Assembly (NCBI GenBank): GCA_963718965.1
Contig: CAVRBJ010000038.1
Coordinates: forward strand, 86,402 to 150,401
DNA: 64,000 bases
Direction of reading: 5' to 3'
From: an uncultured delta proteobacterium
Lineage (GTDB): Bacteria > Desulfobacterota > WTBG01 > CAIYCZ01 > CAIRTM01
This document shows positions 30,693 through 40,614 of this stretch, piece by piece. Under the pieces are notes generated by a model. That model saw only the letters and a program-made list of their open reading frames with translations. It was not told the origin of the DNA and made no database searches. The position numbers were made by a program, and so were the translations under genes. Numbering within the stretch: the stretch's first letter is position 1; each line of letters opens with the position of its first letter.

Positions 30693-32057
30693 ATGTACTG
30701 TATGAACGCCAAAAAACACAGCATGTTGCTTGCAGTACTGCTTTTTTCAGCCAGCATCTGTTCCTGCGGCACAGGAGCCCGTGCAGCTGATGCTGTATCT
30801 GCTGATCCCGGAACTCCATCGAACGAGGCCAGTACTCCGACTGACGACGGCAGCTCGAATACCAGCTATACCGTTCAGCAGGGAGACTGCCTGGGGAAAA
30901 TTCTGCGTGAAATATTTAAGCTGCCAGAAGCAGTAATTTTCAGCCCCCAGACAGCCCTCTCCATTCAAAAAGCAAATCCGCATATACACAACCTCAATGC
31001 TTTGCAGCCCGGTGAAAAACTTTTTGTGCCTCCGGATATGCAGCAGCATATGCCCTCAAAGAACATGGTCCCTGATGCGGGGACACCCCCCCCGCCCTCT
31101 TACCCGGAACAGGCAGGCACACCTGTCTTCGTGCCGCAAAAAAAACAAAGCATCAAACAACAGCCTGCCACTGGTGACAACGGCAGCACACGCAATGATG
31201 CGCAATCAGAACAGGTCATGCACATTGCAACAGATGAAACAACTATCAAAGAAGATGCTCTCGCGAGTACAGACGCACTCCGTCATGAAAAAAACATCAG
31301 GCGCATGCTGATTGACTTCGTACATGCCTTTGGCGGCTATGACAATACAAGCTGCATGAAAACCCTGCCGATTGAGAACGGTGGAACTATTGTCATGGAT
31401 TGCAGTACATTCCCCGTATATGAATTTCCCTGGGGGGCAAGGATTATCATGGATTATGGTGACCACCTGCCTTCGCCGGTACGTAAAATGATCTCCGCGC
31501 AATGGAATGATACGGAAATCATCACCGCAGGCTACACTGAAAATGCTGAAACAATTTTTTCACGGGTGATCGACGGCTGCGGTCTGCTTAAAAACGAATC
31601 CGGCAATCGCTACACTGTCATTCGCGATACTATACAAATCAGTGTCAGCGGCAACTGGATTGTTCATAAAAACAATTCGCAAAAAAATATTTCTGTTATA
31701 TCAATTACACATGACGTGTGCCTCCCGGTTCCAGAAAGCCTGCAGGCATACCTTGCCGGCCTTGGCATCAATCTGCTGCAATTAAGCACGGTAGAAAAAC
31801 AGCGCACTGTAAAACCGGACCATTTTAGCCCTGAGTTCAAGGTTATACATCTGCAGGCAGATCCTGTGCGCATGACGGACATGATTCTTGAACTTATAGG
31901 AATAAAGCCCCAAAAAAATATTAAAACTAAAATCACGCCACAAAATGCGCGGGGCATAACATTTGAAGTAACAATCGATAGAAAATTTGAATTGGCCGGT
32001 AAAACCTGCTTTATTGACTTTAAAAATCTGTCCGCCAACATAGCCTCATATGCTTAA
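30693..32057 (+). CDS. Secreted LysM domain-containing protein (454 aa)
   Basis: A signal-like N-terminus is present (MNAKKHSMLLAVLLFSASICSCG). The LysM-like segment is YTVQQGDCLGKILREIFKL...LNALQPGEKLFVP. I did not recognise the rest. Confidence 0.6.
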   Translation: MYCMNAKKHSMLLAVLLFSASICSCGTGARAADAVSADPGTPSNEASTPTDDGSSNTSYTVQQGDCLGKILREIFKLPEAVIFSPQTALSIQKANPHIHNLNALQPGEKLFVPPDMQQHMPSKNMVPDAGTPPPPSYPEQAGTPVFVPQKKQSIKQQPATGDNGSTRNDAQSEQVMHIATDETTIKEDALASTDALRHEKNIRRMLIDFVHAFGGYDNTSCMKTLPIENGGTIVMDCSTFPVYEFPWGARIIMDYGDHLPSPVRKMISAQWNDTEIITAGYTENAETIFSRVIDGCGLLKNESGNRYTVIRDTIQISVSGNWIVHKNNSQKNISVISITHDVCLPVPESLQAYLAGLGINLLQLSTVEKQRTVKPDHFSPEFKVIHLQADPVRMTDMILELIGIKPQKNIKTKITPQNARGITFEVTIDRKFELAGKTCFIDFKNLSANIASYA

Positions 32058-32328
32058 TAATAATGGTAACAAAATACTCCAAATAGATTTAAAAACAGAT
32101 AATTACATAAATTTAATTCATGAATTACTCGATTTCTGCGCAGTCCAAAACAGCTCTTCCCCTGCACATTTCCAGTACGACCAATCTGAAAAAGCATCGA
32201 TAGAGGTAAGCATACCGGGATTTTTACTTCATACTAAATACGGTGATTTTTTATTAACAAATATTGAAATTGATAAAAATATATTAATTTTTCTATCAGA
32301 TATTGATGTAAAAACTGTTAAATTTTAA
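32050..32328 (+). CDS. Hypothetical protein (92 aa), low-GC
   Basis: The ATG overlaps the stop of the LysM gene (ATGCTTAA). Composition is much more AT-rich than the neighbours. I recognised no family. Confidence 0.35.
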   Translation: MLNNNGNKILQIDLKTDNYINLIHELLDFCAVQNSSSPAHFQYDQSEKASIEVSIPGFLLHTKYGDFLLTNIEIDKNILIFLSDIDVKTVKF

Positions 32329-32592
32329 ATTTTGATTATAATTAAAAATAATATAATTATTATTATTTTATAAAAATTAATTTATTAATATAATAGAAAG
32401 CTATCTATGTTGTAGCAAAAAAGGTGTAAAGTTTGTTTAGGGCATAACCGATACATTCATTGTAAAGCAAAAAACCTGTCGAACATACAGAAACAGATTG
32501 AATACAGGGTTCTCGTAATCAGGCTTAAAATCTGTCGGCAGAAATACAAAAGTACGTGCAGACGGATAATGAATGTTACAAGGAGATTCAGG

Positions 32593-32793
32593 ATGCCCGA
32601 CGAAATAATGGACATCAGAAGTGCTGCAAAGTACCTTCAAATTAAAGAACGTACACTGTACCGTCTTGTTGGTGAAGGTGAGATTCCTGGAATAAAAGTC
32701 GGTGGCCAATGGCGTTTCAGCAAAAAATGTCTTGAAGGCATGTTTGCAAACGAACCTAAAAAGATTTTTCATGTTGAGCGTGTAACACAATAA
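32593..32793 (+). CDS. Helix-turn-helix (excisionase/MerR-superfamily, HTH_17-like) DNA-binding protein
   Basis: The ATG at 32593 follows AAGGAG. The sequence is MPDEIMDIRSAAKYLQIKERTLYRLVGEGEIPGIKVGGQWRFSKKCLE. Confidence 0.7.
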   Translation: MPDEIMDIRSAAKYLQIKERTLYRLVGEGEIPGIKVGGQWRFSKKCLEGMFANEPKKIFHVERVTQ

Positions 32794-32936
32794 ATCCTTT
32801 ATTTTTTAAACACGAAGCCGTCAAAGCCCCTCCCTTTTCAAGCCCTCCATATTAAATCTAAATGCTATCCAGTACTGTAATTTTTCCAACAGCATGCGAG
32901 TATTTCATAAACTACTTAGCAGGCTAAAGATTCCCC

Positions 32937-32965
32937 TTGACATTGATTTAAAGTTTGGGTAATCT
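32937..32965 (+). promoter_or_regulatory. Candidate sigma70 promoter in the AT-rich spacer ahead of the flavoprotein cluster
   Basis: TTGACA (32937-32942), N17, TAATCT (32960-32965). It lies about 300 nt upstream of the start at 33280, so the assignment is tentative. Confidence 0.25.
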
Positions 32966-33279
32966 TTTTATGAAAAAAATATACATATATATTTTGAACT
33001 AATGGCTTTATTCAACGGTGCCGGCTCACTACATACAATACGACAGCTATATGATTCTATATACCTATGCTTAACACTGGTCAGCCTCACCATAAAAAAA
33101 TATCCTGAAAAACCCGATTAAAGGATATCTATCGTACGTATTTCCCGATACATGCAAACAACAAAAACATATGCCGACAGACCAAAAAGAACTATTGCTT
33201 TTAACCCTGTTAAATATTAAATTTAAAAATTACAACCGGCAAAAACCAACAGTTATTTAAATCACACGTGGAGAAGCAT

Positions 33280-34764
33280 ATGAGCACAGCAGCAACATCG
33301 TTAAAGAGCATCATCGATGCCGTGGCAGGCGTTGTTGGAGCGCAGAATGTCAGCACAGACATCGACACCCTGAAGCAGTACTCAAAAGATACGAGCCTCA
33401 TGCCTGCACGCATGCCTGACATGGTCGTCAGAGTTCTCAACCGTGAGCAGCTCATGGGTGTCTTGAAAATCGCTAATGAGCACCGCATTCCCGTTGTACC
33501 GCGCAGCTCCGGAACCGGCACCTACGGCATCGCCATTCCTCTTGAAGGCGGCATTATTGTTGATCTGTCGAGCATGAAGCGCATCCCGCGCATCGATACC
33601 CGCAATCGCTGGGCACTGATCGAAGCTGGTGTCACGTTCGGTGAACTACGCGATGAGCTGGCAAAACAGGGCATGCAGGCACTGAATACACTGCTGCCGC
33701 GCAAGGACAAGTCTGTCATATCCAGTGTGCTTGAGCGTGAGCCGGTGCTGGCTTGTAAGACTGAATGTGATGAGCCCCTGAGAACCATGGAATTCGTATG
33801 GGGAACGGGCGAGCTGATGAGAACCGGCGCAATGTCTGTGGACTCAATGCCTCCGGAGGAAATTCCCAACAAAACATCCTCCGATCTCTGCTCGGTCGGC
33901 GGCCCCGGCATTGACTGGTGGAGGCTCATGACAGGAACGCAGGGAACCTTCGGCGTCATAACGGTCATGAATGTAAAAATTTTCCACAAAGCTCTCCAGC
34001 AGAAGGTTGTTATTCTAACCTTCAATAACCTTGAAGACCTGGTAAAACCCCTGTATGCTATTCAGCACCGTGAAATCGGCCACGAGTGTTATGTTCTGAA
34101 CAACTACGATGTTGCGGCGATCCTTGCCGACGAAGACAAGGAAATTGCAAATCTTGCCAAGAAAATACCGCCTTATTGTATCGTTCTAAATCTCTGGGGC
34201 GGTCAGTTTTTTCCCGAGGAAAGAATCGCCTATGAAGAAAAGGCTGTCAACGAAATAGCCGACCAGTATCAATTTTCAGTTGCCAATGGCCTTTCCGCCA
34301 TACCCGATGCAAATAAGCGCCTTGAAAACATGCTGGCCACCCCCTGGGAAGGCGATATATACTGGAAAGACCGCTATGCAGGCGCATGCCTTGAGCTTGT
34401 ATTCGAGGCCGGCCTGGACAAAATTCCCGCATACTGGAAAGTATTCACCCAGCTTGCCGGCGAATATGGCATCGACACCAAGACCCTTGGCCTCTATATT
34501 CAGCCTCGCCAGCGCGCGCGCGTCTGCCATGTTGAATTCCACATTCCCTGCGATCCCAATGGCGCAGACCTTGCAGCTGTCAAAACATTCCATCGCAAGG
34601 CGGCCGAAGCCGTGATGAATGCGGGCGCGTTCTTCTACCGCCCCTACTATGACTGGTCTGAAATGATTTTCGCCCGCTCAGGCTATTCATTTGAAGCGAT
34701 CAAAAAAATCAAAAACATACTCGACCCGAACCATACCCTCAACCCGGGCAGAATGGGTCTGTAA
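33280..34764 (+). CDS. FAD-binding oxidoreductase (FAD_binding_4, VAO/GlcD/GlcE type), copy 1 of cluster (intact)
   Basis: The ATG at 33280 follows GGAG. ...PDMVVRVLNREQLMGVLKIANEHRIPVVPRSSGTGTYG...IIVDLSSMKRI...AGVTFGELRDEL... The family-typical C-terminus is ...IKKIKNILDPNHTLNPGRMGL. Confidence 0.85.
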   Translation: MSTAATSLKSIIDAVAGVVGAQNVSTDIDTLKQYSKDTSLMPARMPDMVVRVLNREQLMGVLKIANEHRIPVVPRSSGTGTYGIAIPLEGGIIVDLSSMKRIPRIDTRNRWALIEAGVTFGELRDELAKQGMQALNTLLPRKDKSVISSVLEREPVLACKTECDEPLRTMEFVWGTGELMRTGAMSVDSMPPEEIPNKTSSDLCSVGGPGIDWWRLMTGTQGTFGVITVMNVKIFHKALQQKVVILTFNNLEDLVKPLYAIQHREIGHECYVLNNYDVAAILADEDKEIANLAKKIPPYCIVLNLWGGQFFPEERIAYEEKAVNEIADQYQFSVANGLSAIPDANKRLENMLATPWEGDIYWKDRYAGACLELVFEAGLDKIPAYWKVFTQLAGEYGIDTKTLGLYIQPRQRARVCHVEFHIPCDPNGADLAAVKTFHRKAAEAVMNAGAFFYRPYYDWSEMIFARSGYSFEAIKKIKNILDPNHTLNPGRMGL

Positions 34765-34817
34765 TAAGCAGGCATAGGCATAACAAGGTTTGCAACCAAT
34801 TACTATAGGAGACAACA

Positions 34818-36519
34818 ATGGCTTTCAATGAAATAGCTCTCAAAGCATTACAGGACGTGGTTGGCGAAGAAAACGCCTCGACAGACAGGGTACTGTGTCA
34901 GGCCTATTCCCGCGTACAATGGACTGCTGACGGCTGCATTCAACGCAATGAAATGAAGACCTCCATGCGGCCCGACTGCATCGTGCTGCCTTCCTCCACA
35001 GAGGAAGTGCAGTCCATCTACAAACTTGCCAACCGCTACGACTTCATCGTCATACCCCGCGGCACCGGCATGATCAACGCGGCTTTTGCAAACCCGACGC
35101 AGCGCATGATCGGAAAACCCATCTGCATTATTGATCCCAAGCGCATGGATAAAGTCATTAAGGTCGATGCCAACAATATGTATGCGGTCATCGAGCCCTA
35201 TGTCTGCTTTGCCGCTCTGCAGGCAGAAGCAATGAAGGTCGGCTGCATGGCCCCTTCACCCCCTGCAGGCTCGCAGATATCGGCCCTTGCAAATATTCAG
35301 TGGCATGGCGCCTACGGCAACTCCTGGCTTTCAGGCCTTGGCGCCAATCAGCTTCTGTCTTTTGAGCTCGTACTTCCCAATGGCGAGTTGCTCAAAAGCG
35401 GCTCCATCGCTCAGCAGGGCCCTGAAGAAGACTGGATATGGAACGATGGCCCCGGCCCTGATCTTCGCGGTTTTTACCGCGGCGCACAGTTCGGCCATGC
35501 CGGCGGCATGGGCATGGTGACAAAAATTTCCACACGCCTTTTCCCCTGGCCCGGCCCGACTGTTTTCCCGACAAACGGCAATGCCATTGAAAAAGAATCC
35601 CATTTCACCAAAGATAAGATTCGCTGGTACATGATCGACGTGCCCGAAAAAATTAAAGAGTACCCCAAATTCGAAGCAGAACAGCTCCGCTGGTCCTGCG
35701 ACCTGCACTACGAAATCGCCAGGGCTGAGCTTGCTATTGTTGTGCAGCATAATGCCAAGCAGTTCATGATGACCTGGGCGGCGCGCAGCAAGGAAGAATT
35801 CCATAAGGGCGCCAATGAAGAATTCTTTCCCCGCGGCTACAATGTCGTAGCTCTTTCTTCGCTGACCTCCCTTGAGCAGCTCGAATATGAAGAAAAGGTT
35901 CTCAAGTCGATCGTAGCCAAAATGGGCGGTTCATTCCTGTCAGAAGAGTCCAAGGATCCCATGGACCGCGAGCGGTATAATGTCCTGGATGCGCATTACC
36001 AATGACTGGATCACGCACCGGCCATTCAATGAGACTGTCGCGGCCCAGCGACTGCTTCCATCAGGGCACGGCATGCCTCGACTCGATCGATGCGGTCACC
36101 GATGAAATCCTGCGTGCAAACACACCAGCAGCGAAAAGAGCTTGTCGAGCAGGGCAAAGGCAAAGACCTGCTTCCGATCAGCTTCTACGGCGGCTGGATC
36201 AGCCCCATTGAAAAAGGCTATGGCGCTCTGATGACAACCGACCTGTGGCCCGAGCAGGAACCCGAGAAAGCCGCTCAGGCAATTCAGCTGCTGTTCGGCT
36301 CGCTGCATGGGCATGCTTGCAACCAAAAGCGCAGGCGCTACGGTCTGCCTGCTTGGACCAGCTTATGACCTTCTTGGACCGCAGTTCTATAATGTGCATC
36401 TTATGGTTAAGGCGATGAAGCGTGAGTTCGATCCGAACAATATTTCCAATCCGCCGTATGCTACCAGTCCTGACGTTGTTAATCCGAAGCAGCTTAGTGA
36501 ACTCACAAAAGTTCTGTAA
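34818..36519 (+). CDS. FAD-binding oxidoreductase (FAD_binding_4 type), copy 2; frameshifted three or more times in the last third
   Basis: ...PDCIVLPSSTEEVQSIYKLANRYDFIVIPRGTGMINA... is intact to 36005. The C-terminal part is spread over frames 36002-36211, 36090-36368 and 36307-36519. It ends ...VKAMKREFDPNNISNPPY... Confidence 0.75.
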
Positions 36520-36576
36520 TGTTAACAGGAGACAGCGAACAAACTTAATTGCATGAAAGGAGCACTATAATGTCTG

Positions 36577-37573
36577 ATGAATATGGGAACAATTGAAAAA
36601 ATCATGATGACCAAGCCTTTCAAGGTTTTCGACAGCCACGGGCATCCGGGGCTTGAGAAAATAGGCATTGCCGACCGCCCCGGCTGCATCGATTTCTGGT
36701 GCGGCAATACGGTCGTGTCACGCTCCATGATGGGCGCCCGCGCTTTCCTTGGCGACCCCAACCCCTTCAGCTTCATCACCAAGGCTGAAGAGTGCCCCAA
36801 TATGACCCCCGAGGTCTTTATCCAGTACATGGATATGGCAGATGTCGAGGCCATGTGCCTGCAGTGCATTCACGGCATCACCGATCCGGCCCCGGGCTAT
36901 CCCAATGGCTGGAAATGGTATGTGCCCAATGAATATGTCAAGAAGACCTTTGTCGATGCCTTCCCCGGCCGCTTCACCGCAGTCGGCGGCGTGCATGCCC
37001 GCTACGGCCAGCAGGCGGCCGTTGAAATGGTCATTTCCGCCAAGGAAAACGGCTTCCCGGGCATAAAGATTCATCCGCCCACGATCGGCTACCCGAACAA
37101 CCCCGATCTGTATCCCGCGTATGCCAAGTGCGAAGAGCTGGGGCTGCACGTGCAGATTCACACGGGCGTTGAAGAGCTGCCCGGGCACGCGCGCCAAGTA
37201 TCAGCATCCGGTGTATGTGGATGATGTTGCCATGGATTTCCCGAAACTGAAGATCCTGCAGCTGCACTGCGGCGTGTTCAACAACCCCATGATGGGCCTG
37301 TGGAACGTGATGAAGCATGACAATCTCTACACCGACATCACGATCCCCCACCCGACGCTCATGCAGTTCAAGTACTACTGGGATATGGATCATATGCGGT
37401 TCCTTGAATTCTTCATGCCCGACAAAGTTTTCTACGGCACGGATTTCCCGCTCACGCTGCCGTGCTACGGCGCCATGGTCAGCAATATCATGACCATGCC
37501 CCTCTCCATGGAATTCAAGCACAAAATCATGGGCGATAATTTCAGAAAATTCATCAGCTGGGAAAGCAAGTAA
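36577..37573 (+). CDS. Amidohydrolase-2 (metal-dependent hydrolase/decarboxylase, ACMSD/LigW/LigI-like) family protein; one frameshift near 37190
   Basis: The N-terminal metal motif is FDSHGHPG. ...FPGIKIHPPTIGY...LGLHVQIHTG... continues in 37121-37573 (...PKLKILQLHCG...FYGTDFPL...). An RBS-linked ATG at 36570 in another frame suggests a further shift at the very start. Confidence 0.8.
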
Positions 37574-37671
37574 GCCGGCAGGGAGCTGAATCTGATGCGG
37601 AATCTGAAACGACATTTTCTCACGCTGCACTTGAACCGGAATTCGTTAAATAAAACCGGCTGATTGTTAAA

Positions 37672-37709
37672 GGGTGTTCGACGTCACAGTACGACGAACA
37701 CCCTTTTTT
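37672..37709 (+). terminator. Intrinsic terminator splitting the flavoprotein cluster into two transcription units
   Basis: GGGTGTTCGACGT, loop CACAGT, ACGACGAACACCC, then TTTTTT. Confidence 0.75.
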
Positions 37710-37784
37710 CTATGACTACAACGGAGCATCATGCTCCAGAAAAAAATTAAGAGGTTTAACTACACTAAACTAAGGGAGTTTACT

Positions 37785-38178
37785 ATGGAACTGAATCTCA
37801 AGAAATGGGAAGCCTACATGCAGCAGGATCCGGCGCTACAGGACCGGTTGCAGAGGATTAATCCCCAGGGCTATCCGGCCACCAGAAAGGGCGACCTGCT
37901 GTGCCTGAAAGCAGGCAAGAGGTCCATCGTCGTGAGCTGGAATGGTAAGCAGCTCAGTGTCGAGTCGCGGGAACCGAAAAAAGTTTTTCTCTCATGGAAT
38001 CTCGGCGAGAAAAAATTCAATGAGCTGTTTCTTATCCGGCACAACCCCTCCGGTCCTTGTGGCTATGAACAATGACCAGGCAAACATCAAGGCTGAAGCA
38101 GACCACCACAATGGTTCGCTCATAGTCAGCTTTATGGTTATGCTGCAGGAGTGCAATGAAGGAGGTGCCCGCACATGA
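37785..38178 (+). CDS. SCP2 (sterol-carrier/lipid-binding)-like small protein; one frameshift near 38050
   Basis: The start is MELNLKKWEAYMQQDPALQ... The tail after the shift, ...FNELFLIRHNPPVLVAMNNDQANIKAEADHHNGSLIVSFMVMLQE, fits the SCP2 C-terminal pattern (G-K-hydrophobic-K-hydrophobic-x-G-D ... hydrophobic helix) only loosely. The stop overlaps the next start (ATGA). Confidence 0.45.
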
Positions 38179-39452
38179 AAAGTTTCTTTACTGATTTCGA
38201 GCCAGTAAAAACGCTGAAGCCCAAAAGCGCTGCAGAAGTACAGGAAATCATCAGGAAGGCCAATAAGGACAAGACGCCTCTTGTACCGATGAGCTCCGGC
38301 AAAAACATGCAGGATACGCATCTGCCCACGGTAAAGGGCGCAGTTGCCGTTGACCTGTCAGGCCTCAAGGGCTGCTACTTTGACGCTTTAAACCGCAATG
38401 CAACGGTTGAACCCGGCGTCACATTTGCCGACCTTGAAAAGCAGTGCGCCAAGGCAGGGCTTCGCACACTCACAAGTATTGATGTCCCCAGAGATGCATC
38501 AGTTCTTTCAACCTATCTTGAAATGATGCCGCTTGTATCAGTGGCCAAAGTATCACCCCTGGGAAATGCTCACCATGGAGGGATACCGGGCGGATGGCGA
38601 GCGTTTCGCAACCGGCCAAATGGCTATGGTTCAGGACCGTCCGGACAAATACTCCTGGGGCGTATCATTCGCCATGGTGGCACGTTTATACTGCATGGCA
38701 CAGGGAACTCTTGGCATCATCACCAAGGCAGCCGTAACGCTGAAAGCCGCCTTGCCTGAGGCAGAGGTTCTGTATTATCCCTGCTCCACATCAACCAGGC
38801 GACACAAGCACTCAAGGCATTCCTTTTCACCGAGGAACCGCATGAAATTTTTGCCGTCAACAAAACCTATCTGGCTGAACTGCTGGGGGAAAAAGCATCA
38901 AAAGATATGCCCGCCTGGACAGTTGTTGTCGTAAACCGCGGTGCAGACAAAGCGGAAATCAGCTATAAGAAGCAGGATGCCGCAGACATAGCAAAGCGCA
39001 TCGGCGGCTCGCTCATCACAGCTGTGAAGGGTGTAAAGAATTCTTCAAGGACAATTCTTGCTGAAATAGCCTCTCCGACAGGTGCTCCGCTGCACAAAAA
39101 CGGCAAATGCTGGGCTCCCATTGTGAGCATAGCTACTGCCGAGCAGATAGCTGCTGTATCGGGATCAATCCCCAAAGCAGCGGGCTCGATTCTGATGCCT
39201 CTGCAGGCAGGCGGCTGCTTTTATTATCAGCCAGATCTTCGCTACGCCGAAGGCGATATCGTGAAAACCCGTAAAGAGTATGTCGCCATTTGCGAAAACA
39301 TGCTCAAAACAGGCATGCTCTTTCCCCGACCCTCGGCACTGATTGCCAAACAGGTTGCCAAACAGTATCCTGATAATTTCAACGTGCTGAAAGACATCAA
39401 AAAGGCCGTTGATCCCAAGAATATCATGAACCCCGGAAAACTGGGACTTTAA
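38175..39452 (+). CDS. FAD-binding oxidoreductase (FAD_binding_4 type), copy 3; frameshifted two or three times
   Basis: ...LKPKSAAEVQEIIRKANKDKTPLVPMSSGKNMQD...AVDLSGLKG...PGVTFADLEKQC... The middle part is in 38533-38934 (...AQGTLGIITKAAVTLK...). The C-terminus in 38907-39452 ends ...LKDIKKAVDPKNIMNPGKLGL. Confidence 0.75.
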
Positions 39453-39465
39453 GGAGGTGATAGCC

Positions 39466-40614
39466 GTGACGAGAGAAGAACTGCTCGACAAATCTTTACA
39501 CTGCAACAGATGCGGCACCTGCCGCGGCGTTACCCAGGATGTCATCCCTGATGTGGCTTTTGCCACACAATGCCCCTGCGGCTCGACTTTTTATGGCTGC
39601 TATGAGCCCTCAGGCCTTATGTATATGGCACGGGGCATAGCCATGGGTAACCTGAAATGGAACGATGATCTTGCAAAAGTTCTCTATTCCTGCACCATGT
39701 GCGGCTACTGCGACGATTTCTGCCAGCGCGGATATCGCCATACCCCTGCCATAGAAATTCTTGAAGAACTGCGCAGGGATATACCGCAAAAGCTGAAGCC
39801 GAAATCACTGCAGAAAGCAACCGAAAGCCTCAATATACCTAAGGGACAGAAGCTTGCAACCCTTGCTGCCTATGGTATCACGGATATCGCTCCGGGCAAA
39901 AAGGCCGACACTGTTTTCTTTCCCGACAATACGCTCATGCTTAATGCTGCAAAGCTCAAAGAAATAGGTTTTCTTATCAGCAAGAGCGGTAAAAAAGTCA
40001 GCTGCTTCATCAGCGAACCTCTTCCGCCTGTAAGCGCAACACTTGTTTTCGGCGGCTGCGATGATGCACTGGCTGCCTGCATGGCTGAAATCGATGACCG
40101 GCTTGAAGACGCGGCAGTAAAAAAAGTTCTTGTGTATAATCCCGAAAGCCTGTCAGTTCTCAAGCGCAACAGCAAAGCCGGCGTAGAGTTCATCTCCATG
40201 ACGAGCTTCTATGCAGGTTTGCTCAAAAGCAAAAAATACAAAAAACTCAAAATGCCTGCTGTCACCTATCAGGATCCCTGCCACCTTGGACGCTACTCAA
40301 AAGACTACGCAGCTCCGCGTGAAATTATTGCAGCCCTGGGGTTGAAACTCAATGAAATGTGGCGCTCAGGAAACAATTCTCTGTGCTGCGGCGCAGGCGG
40401 AGGCGTTTTGGCCGGCAATCCGGCGCTAGCAAAGAAATATGCTGAGAACCGTTGGCATGAAGCCAAGGCTACCGGCGCCAAAGTCATGATCACTGCCTGT
40501 CCCTACTGTCTTGCAAATCTCTCCGGCGCCAGGCCCAAGGATTTCAAAACGGTCGACATCACTTCGCTGGTGGCGCAGGCTTACGGCTTCACAGGAAAGG
40601 AGGGCGGCAAGTAA
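39466..40614 (+). CDS. (Fe-S)-binding protein with two CCG domains (GlcF/HdrD-like), intact
   Basis: The GTG at 39466 lies 8 nt after AAGGAGG. Motifs are CNRCGTCRG, CTMCGYCDDFC, ...YQDPCHLGRY..., ...LCCGAGGG... and ...TACPYCLANL. Confidence 0.85.
   Translation: MTREELLDKSLHCNRCGTCRGVTQDVIPDVAFATQCPCGSTFYGCYEPSGLMYMARGIAMGNLKWNDDLAKVLYSCTMCGYCDDFCQRGYRHTPAIEILEELRRDIPQKLKPKSLQKATESLNIPKGQKLATLAAYGITDIAPGKKADTVFFPDNTLMLNAAKLKEIGFLISKSGKKVSCFISEPLPPVSATLVFGGCDDALAACMAEIDDRLEDAAVKKVLVYNPESLSVLKRNSKAGVEFISMTSFYAGLLKSKKYKKLKMPAVTYQDPCHLGRYSKDYAAPREIIAALGLKLNEMWRSGNNSLCCGAGGGVLAGNPALAKKYAENRWHEAKATGAKVMITACPYCLANLSGARPKDFKTVDITSLVAQAYGFTGKEGGK

Noticed and set aside
32593-32793. The excisionase-type HTH gene, considered as evidence for a prophage or integrative element.
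   Set aside because: No integrase, recombinase, phage structural genes, tRNA target or flanking direct repeats are visible anywhere nearby.
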